NCBI RefSeq assembly: GCF_037042905.1
Contig: NC_087245.1
Coordinates: forward strand, 13,394,001 to 13,458,000
DNA from: Lytechinus pictus
Taxonomy: Eukaryota
DNA length: 64,000 nucleotides
Reading direction: 5' to 3'
In this document: positions 39,202 to 50,850 of the stretch, piece after piece
How positions within the stretch are numbered: position 1 is the stretch's first letter
Layout of the letters: the number at the start of each line of letters is the position of its first letter
Notes under the pieces: model-generated
Database searches by the model: none
Told to the model about the DNA's origin: nothing
The model's input: the letters and a program-made list of their open reading frames with translations, nothing else
Translations under genes and position numbers: made by a program

Positions 39202-40153
39202 AACAAGTGGAATGCCTCTGGCCGTCTCACCTGCATCACGCGATTCAATATAGCAGCAGTGCTGATTTTGAAAACTACTATAACTCGCACAAGATGTTCA
39301 GTGATACTTGGTTACTCTTATTTCCACGTTTTATGAACTAGACCAATACACTTATAGAGATATGATGGCAATTCAACAAATACCCCCAACGTGGCCAAAG
39401 TTCTTTGACCTTACATGACCTTTGACCTTGATCATGTTACCTGAAACTCGCACAGGATGTTCAGTGATACTTGATTACTATTATGTCCAAGTTTTATGAA
39501 CTAGACCAACACACTTTCAAATTTATGGCTGTAATTCAACAAATACCCCAATTTGGCCAAAGTTCATTGACCCTAAATGACCTTTGACCTTGATCATGTG
39601 ACCTGAAACTTGCACAAGATGTTCAGTAATACTTGATTACTATTATGTCCAAGTTTCATGAATCAGATCCATAAACTTTCAAAGTTATGATGGTAATTCA
39701 ACAGATACCCCCAATTCGGCCAAAGTTCATTGACCCTAAATGACCTTTGACCTTGGTCATGTGATGTGAAACTCATGCAGGATGTTCAGTGATACTTGAT
39801 TAACCTTATGTATAAGTTTCATGAACTAGGTCCATATATTTTCTAAGTTATGATGACATTTCAAAAACTTAACCTTAGGTTAAGATTTTGATGTTGATTC
39901 CCCCAACATGGTCTAAGTTCATTGACCCTAAATGACCTTTGACCTTGGTCATGTGACATGAAACTCAGGCAGGATGTTCAGTAATACTTGATTAACCTTA
40001 TGGCCAAGTTTCATGAACTAGGTCCATATACTTTCTAAGTTATGCTGTCATTTCAAAAACTTAAACTCAGGTTAAGATTTGGTGTTGACGCCGCCGTCGC
40101 CGTCGGAAAAGCGGCGCCTATAGTCTCACTCTGCTATGCAGGTGAGACAAAAA
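39202..40153 (-). mobile_element. Helentron-associated non-autonomous element (HINE/DINE-1-like) with internal tandem repeats
   Basis: Subterminal inverted repeat GTCTCACCTGCAT / ATGCAGGTGAGAC; extra IR GTCTCAC near the 40153 end; T-run termini on minus strand; GCCGCCGTC microsatellite; tandem units with TGACCTTTGACCT (GATGTTCAG at 39293, 39456, 39618, 39781, 39973). Confidence 0.85.
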
Positions 40154-40293
40154 TCTTACACTTTATAAAGTATAAAAATCAAAGGCCGGAAATTTGCTGC
40201 AGCAAAAACAGTGTGAAATTTGAGCACTCTAGACTAATGTAAAAAAAAACTAGATTTTAATTCGTCATGCGGACGAATTAGGTGGTCTGTCGT

Positions 40294-41270
40294 ATAGATA
40301 GATAAACAGGAAAAAAATATTTAAACAGATATTAGATTGAAAAATAGATAGACAAACAGATTTACATAATCAAACAGATACATACAAGAAAGATATATAA
40401 TTATAGTAGATGGATGGACTGATGGATGGAGAGATCAATTATAGGTGGTTATATTAATAAAACATAGACATATAGATAGATAGAGACACAGACATATAGA
40501 TAGATAGAGAGACAGACTTATAGATCGATAGATTGATTGATAGATATATAGATAGATAGAGAGAGAGAGAGATGATTGGTGGTTATATTAATAAAACATA
40601 GATAAACATATAGATAGAAAGAGAGACAGACAGATAGATAGATAGACAGATAGATCTAGACAGACATATAGATAGAGAGACAGACATATCATGAAGCTAT
40701 TACGAGCTATCTCGTAAGAGACAGACATATAGATTGATAGAGAGACAGAGATAGATAGAGAGACAGACATATAGATGAATAGATAGATAGCTAGATAGAG
40801 AGACAGACAGACAGATATATAGATAGATAGATAGATAGATAGAGACAGGCAGATATATAGATGGCTAGATAGATAGACATATCTAAACAGATAGATACAT
40901 ATATATAATAATTAAATATAATTATATATCATAATGTATGTACATTTTCTCATGTTAATTTTATGTTTATAACAAGATATATTGTGATTGTTTTTTTAAT
41001 ATGCAGGACCCCAAGGGAGAGCAATTTTTTGTTGATTGGGTATCCTGTTGAAATATTGTTAATAAATAAATAAATAAATAATAAATATAGCGTATTAGAC
41101 ACACAGAGAGAGAGATAGATAGATAAACAGACAGAATAGATATACAATGTAGGTAGATAGACAGACAGACATATGGATAGATAGAGAGAGAGGGACGTAT
41201 TCAAACAGAAAAATATATATTAGACAGAGAGATGTGATGTAGGTAGATAGACAGACAGATAAATAGATAT
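40294..41270. repeat. GATA/GACA-type compound microsatellite inside the Helentron-like element
   Basis: Long TAGA/CAGA/GAGA runs, interrupted by an AT-rich block at ~40900-41095. Confidence 0.9.
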
Positions 41271-41379
41271 GATATAAAAAGTAATTATAATCTGTTTTAT
41301 TTTGCAATATTTTAGCTATTATTTGTTAGAATTCTTATAATTGATCGGGGGCAAGATAGCTTAAAAAAAAAAAAATCAT

Positions 41380-41453
41380 GTTCACCCGCGGACTCGAACC
41401 CCTGCCTGCATGATGGAATGAGAAGTAAGTCTGACGCCTAACCGATTGAGCTA
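41380..41453 (-). ncRNA. tRNA-derived Pol III-promoter-like sequence (pseudo-tRNA)
   Basis: Minus strand TAGCTCAATCGG (A box, 41453-41442) and GGTTCGAGTCC (B box, 41400-41390), followed by a 13-T run (41375-41363); no convincing cloverleaf. Confidence 0.55.
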
Positions 41454-42850
41454 GAATATTTCCCATAGACTTAACACTTAAGCAAAACACCAGAATCTCA
41501 AATCCAATCTTGCAAGTGAATTACGGGCATGATCCCGACATCTGATCGGAAAATGAAGGAAACGCAACCGAAAGCTTAGAATCTCAGCTACAACATACTA
41601 AAAGCTCAGGGATAACTAGCAACAAAAATTGGAGATATGGCTTACGAAATAGAAGAATGTAGAATCTAGTTTTGAGAAAAAGTCATGTCCCATAGAGATT
41701 ACCCGCAAAATGAGTAAAAATGACATGCCATTATTATTTGCAATTTTTGAGGATGATTTGTCTATCAAAATGAAAAATAAAGGCAATAACTTAGAAAGAG
41801 TAAGAACTAAGCTACAACATATCAAAAATTGGGTGAAAATTGACCAATATTCACGGAGTTAGAGCAAGATTTGCATAATTATAATGACGTCATAATAGGC
41901 AAAATGGATTTTTTGAATTCCGACGCCATTTTGATGACGTCATAATATAATTGAGGGTCAAATGAGACATGAAATTATATCTCTAGTTCATACTCTATCA
42001 AAATATGAAAAAAAAATTGGGGGTCCCCATGCGTTCTGAAGAGCTACAGCGGATTTTCTATAGGCATGTTTTTGCCCATATATGGCCTATAGTGAGAGCT
42101 CGCGCGCACACGTGCTGCAAACTTTAACGGGTGTTAATTTCCTTATTAATGGTCGTAGAAGGTTGATCAAGGTATCAAATTGCTCAAAATTATATGATCA
42201 ATGCAATGAAATAAAAAAAAACGGTGTTTCTGAGTTGCATTGAGGCGTTACGCGCGGAAACGCGCGCGCATACGTTTGCGCGCGCAATTTTTTGAAATGC
42301 TTAAAATGACCTAAAACGTACTCTGTTTTGGTCAAAAAGTGATTTTTAGCATTTTAAAATTTTGACGCGCGCGTCGTGACCTTCAGGTGACCTTTGATGA
42401 CATGACCTGATGACCCTTGATCTGAAGTTTATGTCATGTGAATTTGATTTATTTTTGATAATTGATAATGGAGATATGATTGATAATGTGATTTTACAAA
42501 ATGGCGTCTAGATGACGTCATGATGACGTCATGACATTAAGATTCTTGCAGAATTGAGGTCTTATTGATGTTGATATGTGGTGATATTTTGATGATTATT
42601 GAATATGAACTTTCTGAGATTTGCTGTCCACAAGAAATGGAGGAAATAAAAATAAGAAATAAAAATAAATAAATAATAAAAAGAAAATTCGGACAAACAT
42701 AAAAGGTGATCTGTCAATTTTTGACAGACCACCTAAAAACGGGCCTCATAGAAGAGAACAAGGGCATCAAAAGTTAATAGAACAGGGTCTAACACAAAGT
42801 TTAATGATTGTAGCTCACAATTTTTGAGGGATTTTGATCACTACAACTAA

Positions 42851-43348
42851 TATGCTTTTCACACTGCATTTCCTTAACCCTATACTATCCTTAACCCCGG
42901 ACAATCCTTAACCCCATACTATCTTTTTTTCAATTCACACTGTCTTTCTTAACCCCATACTATTTGCTTAGCCGGGGTTAATGCCTTAACCCCGGGCAAT
43001 CACACAACTCATTAATATTGATGATTTTTACCATACAGAGCACGATTAACGTTCAATTTCGACTTCTGTGATTGGCTAATGCTTAGCCCCACTTTTCCTT
43101 AGCCCGGTTTCGAATCACACTGCATCTCTTAGCACCGCAATTGTGGTGCTAGCACCGCAATATGCCGGCTAACCCTGCTTTTTTGCAGGGCCAGATAGTA
43201 CCGTACTATTTACTGTGCTAGCCCACTTTGCTAAAACGTAGTGTGAAAACGAAGTGGAATAAGCTTAACCCCGGGAAATTGGTGGGGCTAAGACCCCCCC
43301 CCCTTAGCCCCACCAATTTAGGACAAAAAGTGCAGTGTGAAAAGCATA
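42851..43348. mobile_element. Harbinger-like MITE, family B
   Basis: TIR TATGCTTTTCACACTGCA / TGCAGTGTGAAAAGCATA; flanks TAA / TTA; CTTAACCCC/CTTAGCCCC subrepeats; inverted copy at 56528-57033. Confidence 0.85.
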
Positions 43349-44331
43349 TTAGTGATTCAACATAGAATCAATCAACCAAATCAATAGATTACTACTGTAA
43401 CAGGTATACAATATTTAGAGGTAGTAAATCATAATGTAGGATAAATAACAAGTGTGATTTAATATTCTTTATAGCAAAGTACATGTATACCTAAAAATAA
43501 GCTATAGATCAATATTTTTTTTCAATTTCCTCAACAAAAAAAGAAAAACAAAACAAATTTTTATTACATGTACATGTAGGCCTGTAAATGTACATTTTTA
43601 TCGTCACAACATAATAAAAAGATAGAATAGACATGTAAAAGTTCTTAATACTGGTAGACTCTGAACATTAACTTGGATGAATGGGTTTACCTTTAACCTG
43701 TTGAAAGGAGTTTTTGAACATGAAATGGTATACTTGAATGGAAGGTTGAATGCCCTGTGGGACAGGGCATGAGGCTTTGTTTAGAGGCAGATCATGTGAT
43801 CATGGATTCCGGAGGTATACCAGGAAATAATCAGGCAAGGATTAGGAGCCAGACAGGAGAAGGGTGGAAGGAATCAGGGTAAAGATGTGTGTGTGTTTGG
43901 GTGGGAGGGGCACAACTCCCCTACCACCTTTTAGCTCGAAAAGTGACTTAATTTCCCTCAAAATAGGAAAGAGGCAAAATTTCTCACAGAAATATGCATA
44001 CATCAATCATCATCATTGATGCTTATGTTTAATATGCTATGTGTTTTAATATGCTGTCTTTGACATTTCATGTTGTATTGTTTATCTTATGCTATATGGT
44101 TTATATCATGCTTAGTAAAAATTTTCATTGACATTATGTCATATCATGCCATCAGAAGTTACATTGTGGGACCTACACGGATACTATTGTAAAAACTTTT
44201 GTCATTTGGCTACATGCTGCGATTGACTTGTTTAAACTTGAATATTGGATGGTCAAATATCAAATTTTCCACTTCAAATTGAGAACGGTTGGGTAGGTTA
44301 AGGGTGTGTATCAGCGAGAGAGTGCTACTTA

Positions 44332-45200
44332 GGGTGTGTTTATGCTTCTATTGCGAGGAAAGAATCAGCGTTTTCAAACATCGTTTCAAAACGCCGATCG
44401 TAAACGTGGTTCTGAGAGTGCTGTTTATGCTTAATTTTTCAGAGGCGAAATCACGAACTCCAGCTGGCTTCGCATGGTAATTTTCGTTGAGCAGGAAAGC
44501 TAGGTCAAATTGGGCGCGCTCTTTTTCGAAAGTTTTTTTTTTCCGAGTGTTGTTATGGGGAAGGTGCGACTGTTATTTACACCTCGAACAATTTCCGTTA
44601 TTTTAGTCATTGTATGGAGCTACTTGGCATAGCCATATAATTTCCACCATGGTGAGGATAATAGTGAGAATGAAATAAAGAATATTAAAGTATGCATAAT
44701 AAAATAATAAAACATCTATTTGTTTATGCTACTGAGGCATCTGGCGATGTCTCATTATAACTCATGTTCCTGGTTTTTTTTTGTAAATCCCTCAACATTC
44801 ATTGTGATGACAAATTGGAAGAGTAATACTAGTGATAGTACTTACTTAAATCAATTTTAACACATGCAAATGTGACAAGGGAGATGAGAGGTAATTCCGT
44901 TGAGGTATACATGCGACCATGGAGCAATGCGACTGTATTTGCCCGCGGATTTTCATCTTACCGGAAGCATGTCCCAAATGACGTCATTTAAACACGTTTA
45001 CGATCGTGGTTCTGTTTATACTTCCCCAGAAAGCCCGATTCTGGTCAAACGACGTTTACAAACGCTCCTTTTTGTGAGTTTACGATCGGCGTTTTGAAAC
45101 GTTGTTTAAATGAAAGTAAGCATGGACGCAACCGTGTTTTGGACTAATCACGTTTGGAAACGCTGATTCTGGCCTGAAAAGTGGAAGCATAAACACGGCC
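44332..45200. mobile_element. PIF/Harbinger-type MITE, family C
   Basis: TIR GGGTGTGTTTATGCTTC / GAAGCATAAACACGGCC; perfect TTA TSD (44329-44331, 45201-45203). Confidence 0.9.
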
Positions 45201-45278
45201 TTACACATGTAGCTACATGTAGAACAGAAATCACAGGGGGGTAAGCTATTCTTTTTCTCTCTCTCTCTCTCTCTTTAA

Positions 45279-45864
45279 AGGAGAATGAAACCCTTGAAAC
45301 CAGCTGAATCCATATCAAAGAGAAAAATCAAAGAAACATATTGTTGAAAGTTTGAGGAAGATTGAATGAATAATAAGAAAGTTTTGAGCATTTGAATATT
45401 GAGATCACTAATGCCATGTAGATCTTCCCATAGGCAATGTGACCAGGATCTGTGATGTCACACACGTACAACTCCCTCATTACTTTTGTACTTATTTCAC
45501 TTATATTCTCACTGTTATAGAGTCTATCACAAGGTGAGGTGTTCTCTTTATATGAGAGGACAAGTACAGAGGTTTCACAACATTATATCATTGATGAATC
45601 GTTTGTCATATGATTAGAATGAGCAAAAAGAGATGTTTTGGGGTATATTTTCAGTGTCCAAAAGGGGAGAGTCGTTCATCTGTGACATCATAGATCTTGG
45701 TCGCATTGCCAATGGGAGGATCTCCATAGCATTAGTGATCTCGACATTCAAATGCTCATAACTCTTCTATTGCTAGTCCTATTTTACTCAAACTTTTGTT
45801 GATCTTATTCTTTGATTTCTCTGCTTTCACAAAAGCTAACTTGCTCCAAGAGTTTCATTCTCCT
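45279..45864. mobile_element. Kolobok-type MITE, family D
   Basis: TTAA|AGGAGAATGAAAC ... GTTTCATTCTCCT|TTAA, ~180-bp imperfect inverted arms, 586 bp. Confidence 0.9.
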
Positions 45865-46173
45865 TTAAATTGCCATTCATCTGGAAAATATTTCAAATTA
45901 TTTCCAATAATATTCTCTTACTCTCTAGACCATGAAGAGGATGATGATGATGAAGACTGATGATGATGATGATGATAATGATGAAGATAATAATGAAAAA
46001 GATAAAGATAATCGTAAATGATGATATTATCAGCATTTGTATAGTTCCATGTACATGGAGGAGCAGACTCAAAATCTACTGTGCTTACTAATAAAAAATT
46101 CATGTGCCTAAAAACATTATAATGTGGGTCACTTGCATTTCCACTTCCACCACCCATATTATTCATGTATCAA

Positions 46174-46671
46174 AGGGGAAGTTCACGTTAACAAAAAGTT
46201 TATTGTAAAAATAGCAGAAAAAATATTGCCAAAGGTATTTGAGAAAAATCCACCAAAGAATAAAATAGCTATTAGAATTTTAATTATTTGATTTGTGACA
46301 TCATATGCGAGCAGCTTTCCTTCATACAAGTAGCATACTATGGTAAAAATAGTTCAAATGTCATTTTCTCAAAAAATTGAAAATGGTTTTTACTGTACCT
46401 TCAGTATATGAATAGACAAATCATTTGTCACCCCTTCCTAAAAGAAAACAAACATAAGTCATCCCAAACCATTAAAAAATATATATTTTACATATCATTT
46501 GGGGCAGCTGCTTGTTTATGACATCACAAATCCAAAAATCAAAATTTTAATCACTTTCTTAATCTTAAATGGATTTTCCTCAAACCTTCAACCACCTATA
46601 TTCTTTTATTATTTTTTTCTGCTATTTTTACAACAAACTTTTCTTACTTTTCTTCAGGGTGAACTTCCCCT
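46174..46671. mobile_element. Kolobok-type MITE, family E
   Basis: TCAA|AGGGGAAGTTCAC ... GTGAACTTCCCCT|TTAA; inner inverted TTTGTGACATCATA / TATGACATCACAAA. Confidence 0.8.
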
Positions 46672-49109
46672 TTAAAGTGTTACTGTACATGTATGATTCT
46701 CATATACAGTATACAGTAGCCATGATTCATGATAAACAGACTTCAACATAAATCCTGTCAGAGGTAGCCTCAATGATCATAAAACTAAAGAATATTCCGA
46801 TCTTGTTTTATTGGGAAGGCATGACTGTCTGATTCAAACATCTCCACAGCACTGCACTGGTTGGCAGACAGAGTAAAGAAAAAGCCTACAAGTTCTTTAA
46901 CAAAAGCTAGACATTCAAGAAAACTCTAAAATCTTTTCTGGGAAAGGGTCTTTATTCTGGAAAGACGGGGGGGGGGGGAGTACTTGAGCTTTTTTGACAT
47001 TGTATATGACCCTGAATAATGACAAAGTTATTGTTTGCAAAACATTTAGTCCTACTTGCCCATCAATATCCAAGTCGTTTGGAAGCGCATAGGGACGTTA
47101 TGACATAATGTGATATGCACTATACAAGAAATGCGTTATTGTTTTTATAATATACCTTTCATCCTTTCATCAATAAAAAATACCAATTAAAAAACTTTAA
47201 AAAATATACATTTTCTATCCTTTTTGACAGACCAATTATTCATTAGAATTTGTAAAACTTACATGAAATCAATCAAACAGGTGCAGATATAATCTACCTG
47301 GATTATTTGTTTTACAAAGCCCTGTGGGTAATCCAAATCATATTCTTTAAAGAAATGATATAATTCCAATAATATAACAACAGGAGCAGGTGGAATGGTA
47401 TACATCTCAGTTCAATATTGAATAGTGTAAGTGCGTAACATGAAAGAAAACCCCACTTTTATTTATTTTTTCATCTATAGATTAGCCCAATTAATATGAG
47501 GAAGCCAAACTTCACCCAGAATAACAACTCACCAGCATACATATATATTTTGCTTGAAAAAAATTTCACTTACATCCTGAAGCTTGTATAAAAAATTAAG
47601 GATTTAAAAAAAAAATAATTCCAATCATTTTTACAGACAATATGAAAGAAATCTGCTCTTAAAATGATAAATGATAAAATCCCATGCTATGCTTTATGCA
47701 TCACCATCAGCTTCATTTTCAATTTTAAGCTAATTATTCAAAAGTTCAAGAAACAAATTAGACAAACACTCTAATCTATATTTTGGTTGCTGTTGACGTT
47801 TGATATTGCTTCAATGCATCAGTGGCTTGAGTACAGTTACATTGTACAGTCTGCCGTTAAAAAAAAAACAGGTTTCTAGGATAAAAAAAATTGCCAATTG
47901 AACACAGTCCATATACATGTAGGAGGTCAAAATAATTCAGTACCAAAACTTTTCTGCCTAATCTAATAATTGAAACTACAGATTTGCCATCAATCAAGGA
48001 CTTTTGTAACCACAATAAAAGAAATTTTACTATAAATTTGGAGATTAGATTCCATGGAACATCATTCACAACTCAACTTTTGTTCATGCCAGTTTACTGC
48101 ATCATAACCATTTTTGATTTAAAAAAAACTTTGACATGCCCATATTAGAATCTAGTTAAAGCAATTTTATTCACAGGTTTGTGAGCAGATAAAAAAAATT
48201 GTTATTTTCAGGGGCTTATCACAACTTAATACTTCCTAATTATGCAACATTGGATCGGGGCAATGAATGGGGATTTTCCATGGCTCTTTTTTTTTTAGTT
48301 TCCAGGGTTCTTTTGAGCATTTCGGGGGCAACACCGCCCCAAGCCTAAGAGTAAATTTTACCCTGCTTGTGAGTGACTATATAAAAAGAGATGTACATTG
48401 TAAACTCTCATTTTATGCAAAGAATATTTTTACAGAGAAAATTCACCACCGAATGAAGATAAGCTGGAAAAAACAACAACAAGATATTAACATAAAACAT
48501 TAAACTGAAAACTGAACGCTTAATCCCCTTGTTAATACATGCATACTGAGTCAGGAAGGCAATATAATTACAAAACCAATATACATAATCCTCTGATATA
48601 CTTCAAAAAGGTACAGTCTCTATAGTGCAAGTACGTGTACATCACTTACTCCTCACGTCACATTACATTTGAAAATGAAACTTCTGTTCTGAAGATATTT
48701 AACACATGCAATCACAAAAGAGGAAATACACAGTATTCCTTAAAGTAATCTTGAAGACTTTCAGTGTGGAAAAACACTTTGCAATCAGAATCCACAGTAA
48801 TGCACCTAAAGTTTGTATACTCACATAATCTGTCTTAACCCATGACACAGCTTTCAATGGAGCCCCCAATACCATTACCAAGTTCACTCTCCCTCTAACA
48901 CACAAACAGAGCACTGCGAGTCAGTCCTTTCCTTCAGTTAGCCAACGACAACAAAAAACTTGGAAGTGAGGGCTCACTGAGTAATGCATGGATTACCAGA
49001 CCGACACTCAAGATGAGATGTCATTAGTCTGGCCTAAGACTCTGGACAGACCGAATAAACGGAGACGACAGAGCGATCGACCTGATAAAAAGTCCATCCA
49101 GCTACCTAC

Positions 49110-49114
49110 CTCAT
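49110..49114 (-). CDS. Candidate start (ATG AG) at the 3' end of a first exon
   Basis: Minus strand GGGGAC-ATG-AG|GTAGGT; in-frame upstream TAG; phase 2 matches the 27878 acceptor to give MRILSRKQ...; CCAAT and TATATAA upstream (~49520, ~49420). Confidence 0.35.
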
Positions 49115-50238
49115 GTCCCCGTGACACAATGAACTCCCTCTCTTCCTTGAGCTCTAGCAATGTTTACAAAGAACTCATCATCATCAACAGAGAAGTAAAC
49201 TATCAATCAATGGGTACAGATTAACAGCATTGGACAGACAGATGGATGGACTACAGAATTAAAAAGATAAGTCACCAAGACTGGTGTGAGATTCAACGAT
49301 AGTTTGCGCAGGATTTCTCTGTTTTGTTTCTTCTTGATCTCTCTTCTCTCATGCTCTCTTACTCTCTCTTTCGTGATGGGATAACGCTCCGAACTGCTTG
49401 TGAGAGAGAGATTGTTATATACACATGCATAGCAGTCATAAAAGAAAATCTTGAGGTAAAAAGTTGGATTGAGGACTGTAGGGAGTTGGTGTATCAAGTG
49501 CGTAGGTCGTCCACAGGATTGGTGGGAATCTACAGTCAATGTGTGTGTGTGTGTGTGAGAGCTTCGTTTGTGAGTCTCAGAAGAGAACTAGTCTAAACTA
49601 TTCAGACCTTTCTATTATGATACCCCATCTTCAAGTTCAAGTACAAAATACCAGCCGACAATGTTTAAATGCGCTTTAGACTACATCTTGTTAGGAAATT
49701 GGAGATTGGGAATTCAATCAAACCTTATTAATAATGAGAGTTTGTGATGTAATATCTGCTTTTAAAATGTTTTGACTGTAATACACATACATATCTTGAT
49801 CTCTAGGCCTAGTACATGTATATTTTCATGCAATGGTATGTTAAGCTTAGTAAATTCACCTACATGTATAAAGACGAACATTTAAAAACATAGGCAACAT
49901 AAAAAGGTCTTATATCACAAAAAACTGAACTTTGATTCATGTTGTGCTTAATAATATTACTATTGTTCAGATGAAGAAAAAAAAACCCAGGAAGAAGACA
50001 AATTCATGCAGAAACTTTCAAGTTATATGTGACTGAAATATCATCACTTGCAGTAAAACACTGATTTCGTGAGAAAGTCTGTAAAACCAACGTTAAGTAT
50101 TACTATATCATCATGGATCTAGATCTGGTACAGTTACATAAACTGAACTTTGTGAAATCATATAACTCTAAGCTGAAAAACGATCACACTGAATATCACC
50201 AACACAGATAGGCACACGTGGGACAGTGTATATTATTG

Positions 50239-50850
50239 AGCACTTTTAGAAATGTACGTCCACATAGTGGACTGGTACGAGATGACGTCATTTTTTGGAC
50301 TGCCATATGCATCAGGTCCTCACACACGTCCACTATCAGAATCGAGAACCTCGCCACATCCGTTTTGCGGTTCTCCTAAATCATAGTGGACGTGTACGTG
50401 AGTGACGTCATTTTCACCGTTCAAGCCCAGCATGAAGATCAACCTTTCCCTTTTAAAACACAGTTTTCAGTGACTTTTCACAAAATTAATGTAAGTTGTA
50501 CGATGCACTATGTTTATCATATTTGAAATTGCTTTCTGATCTCCAAAATATACATCGATATATATCCTAACGCGCGTAAAAAGGAATCAAAGCAAGTGAA
50601 AGGGCACATGTGCACAAGTTGCACCTTCGCATCACCCAACCGGGTCGCCAAGCGATGATGCGCCAGATCTTCCGGGTCGGGAAGCATGTCATGACCCGTT
50701 ATCCCGCTGTTTCATGTGGACGTACGTACACATGCAAGTCGAGTGAAATCTAAAGTATTCGCATCTCTAGTGAACAAGGGCAGACGACGACGTTGACTAG
50801 AACGATCAGATGACTGCTACGTCGTTCACGTTCACTGCTCCTAAAACTCT
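50239..50850. mobile_element. MITE family F, copy 1, inserted in an older repeat
   Basis: Ends CTTTTAGAA / CTAAAACTCT; body is the reverse complement of 63197-63959 (e.g. TCTCCTAAATCATAGT, GTTCAAGC, TTGCACCTTCGCATCACC). Confidence 0.75.

Larger units (their letters stand above)
40250..42739 (-). mobile_element. Second Helentron-associated element (different family, ~2.5 kb)
   Basis: subTIR TAGGTGGTCTGTC (~40279) / GACAGACCACCTA (42723-42735); 5' hairpin AGGTGATCTGTCAA-TTT-TTGACAGACCACCT; 3' hairpin AATTCGTC..GACGAATT followed by CTAG then a T-run on the minus strand. Confidence 0.8.

Noticed and set aside
41380..41453. Functional tRNA gene
   Set aside because: Acceptor and anticodon stems do not pair convincingly; kept only as a pseudo-tRNA.
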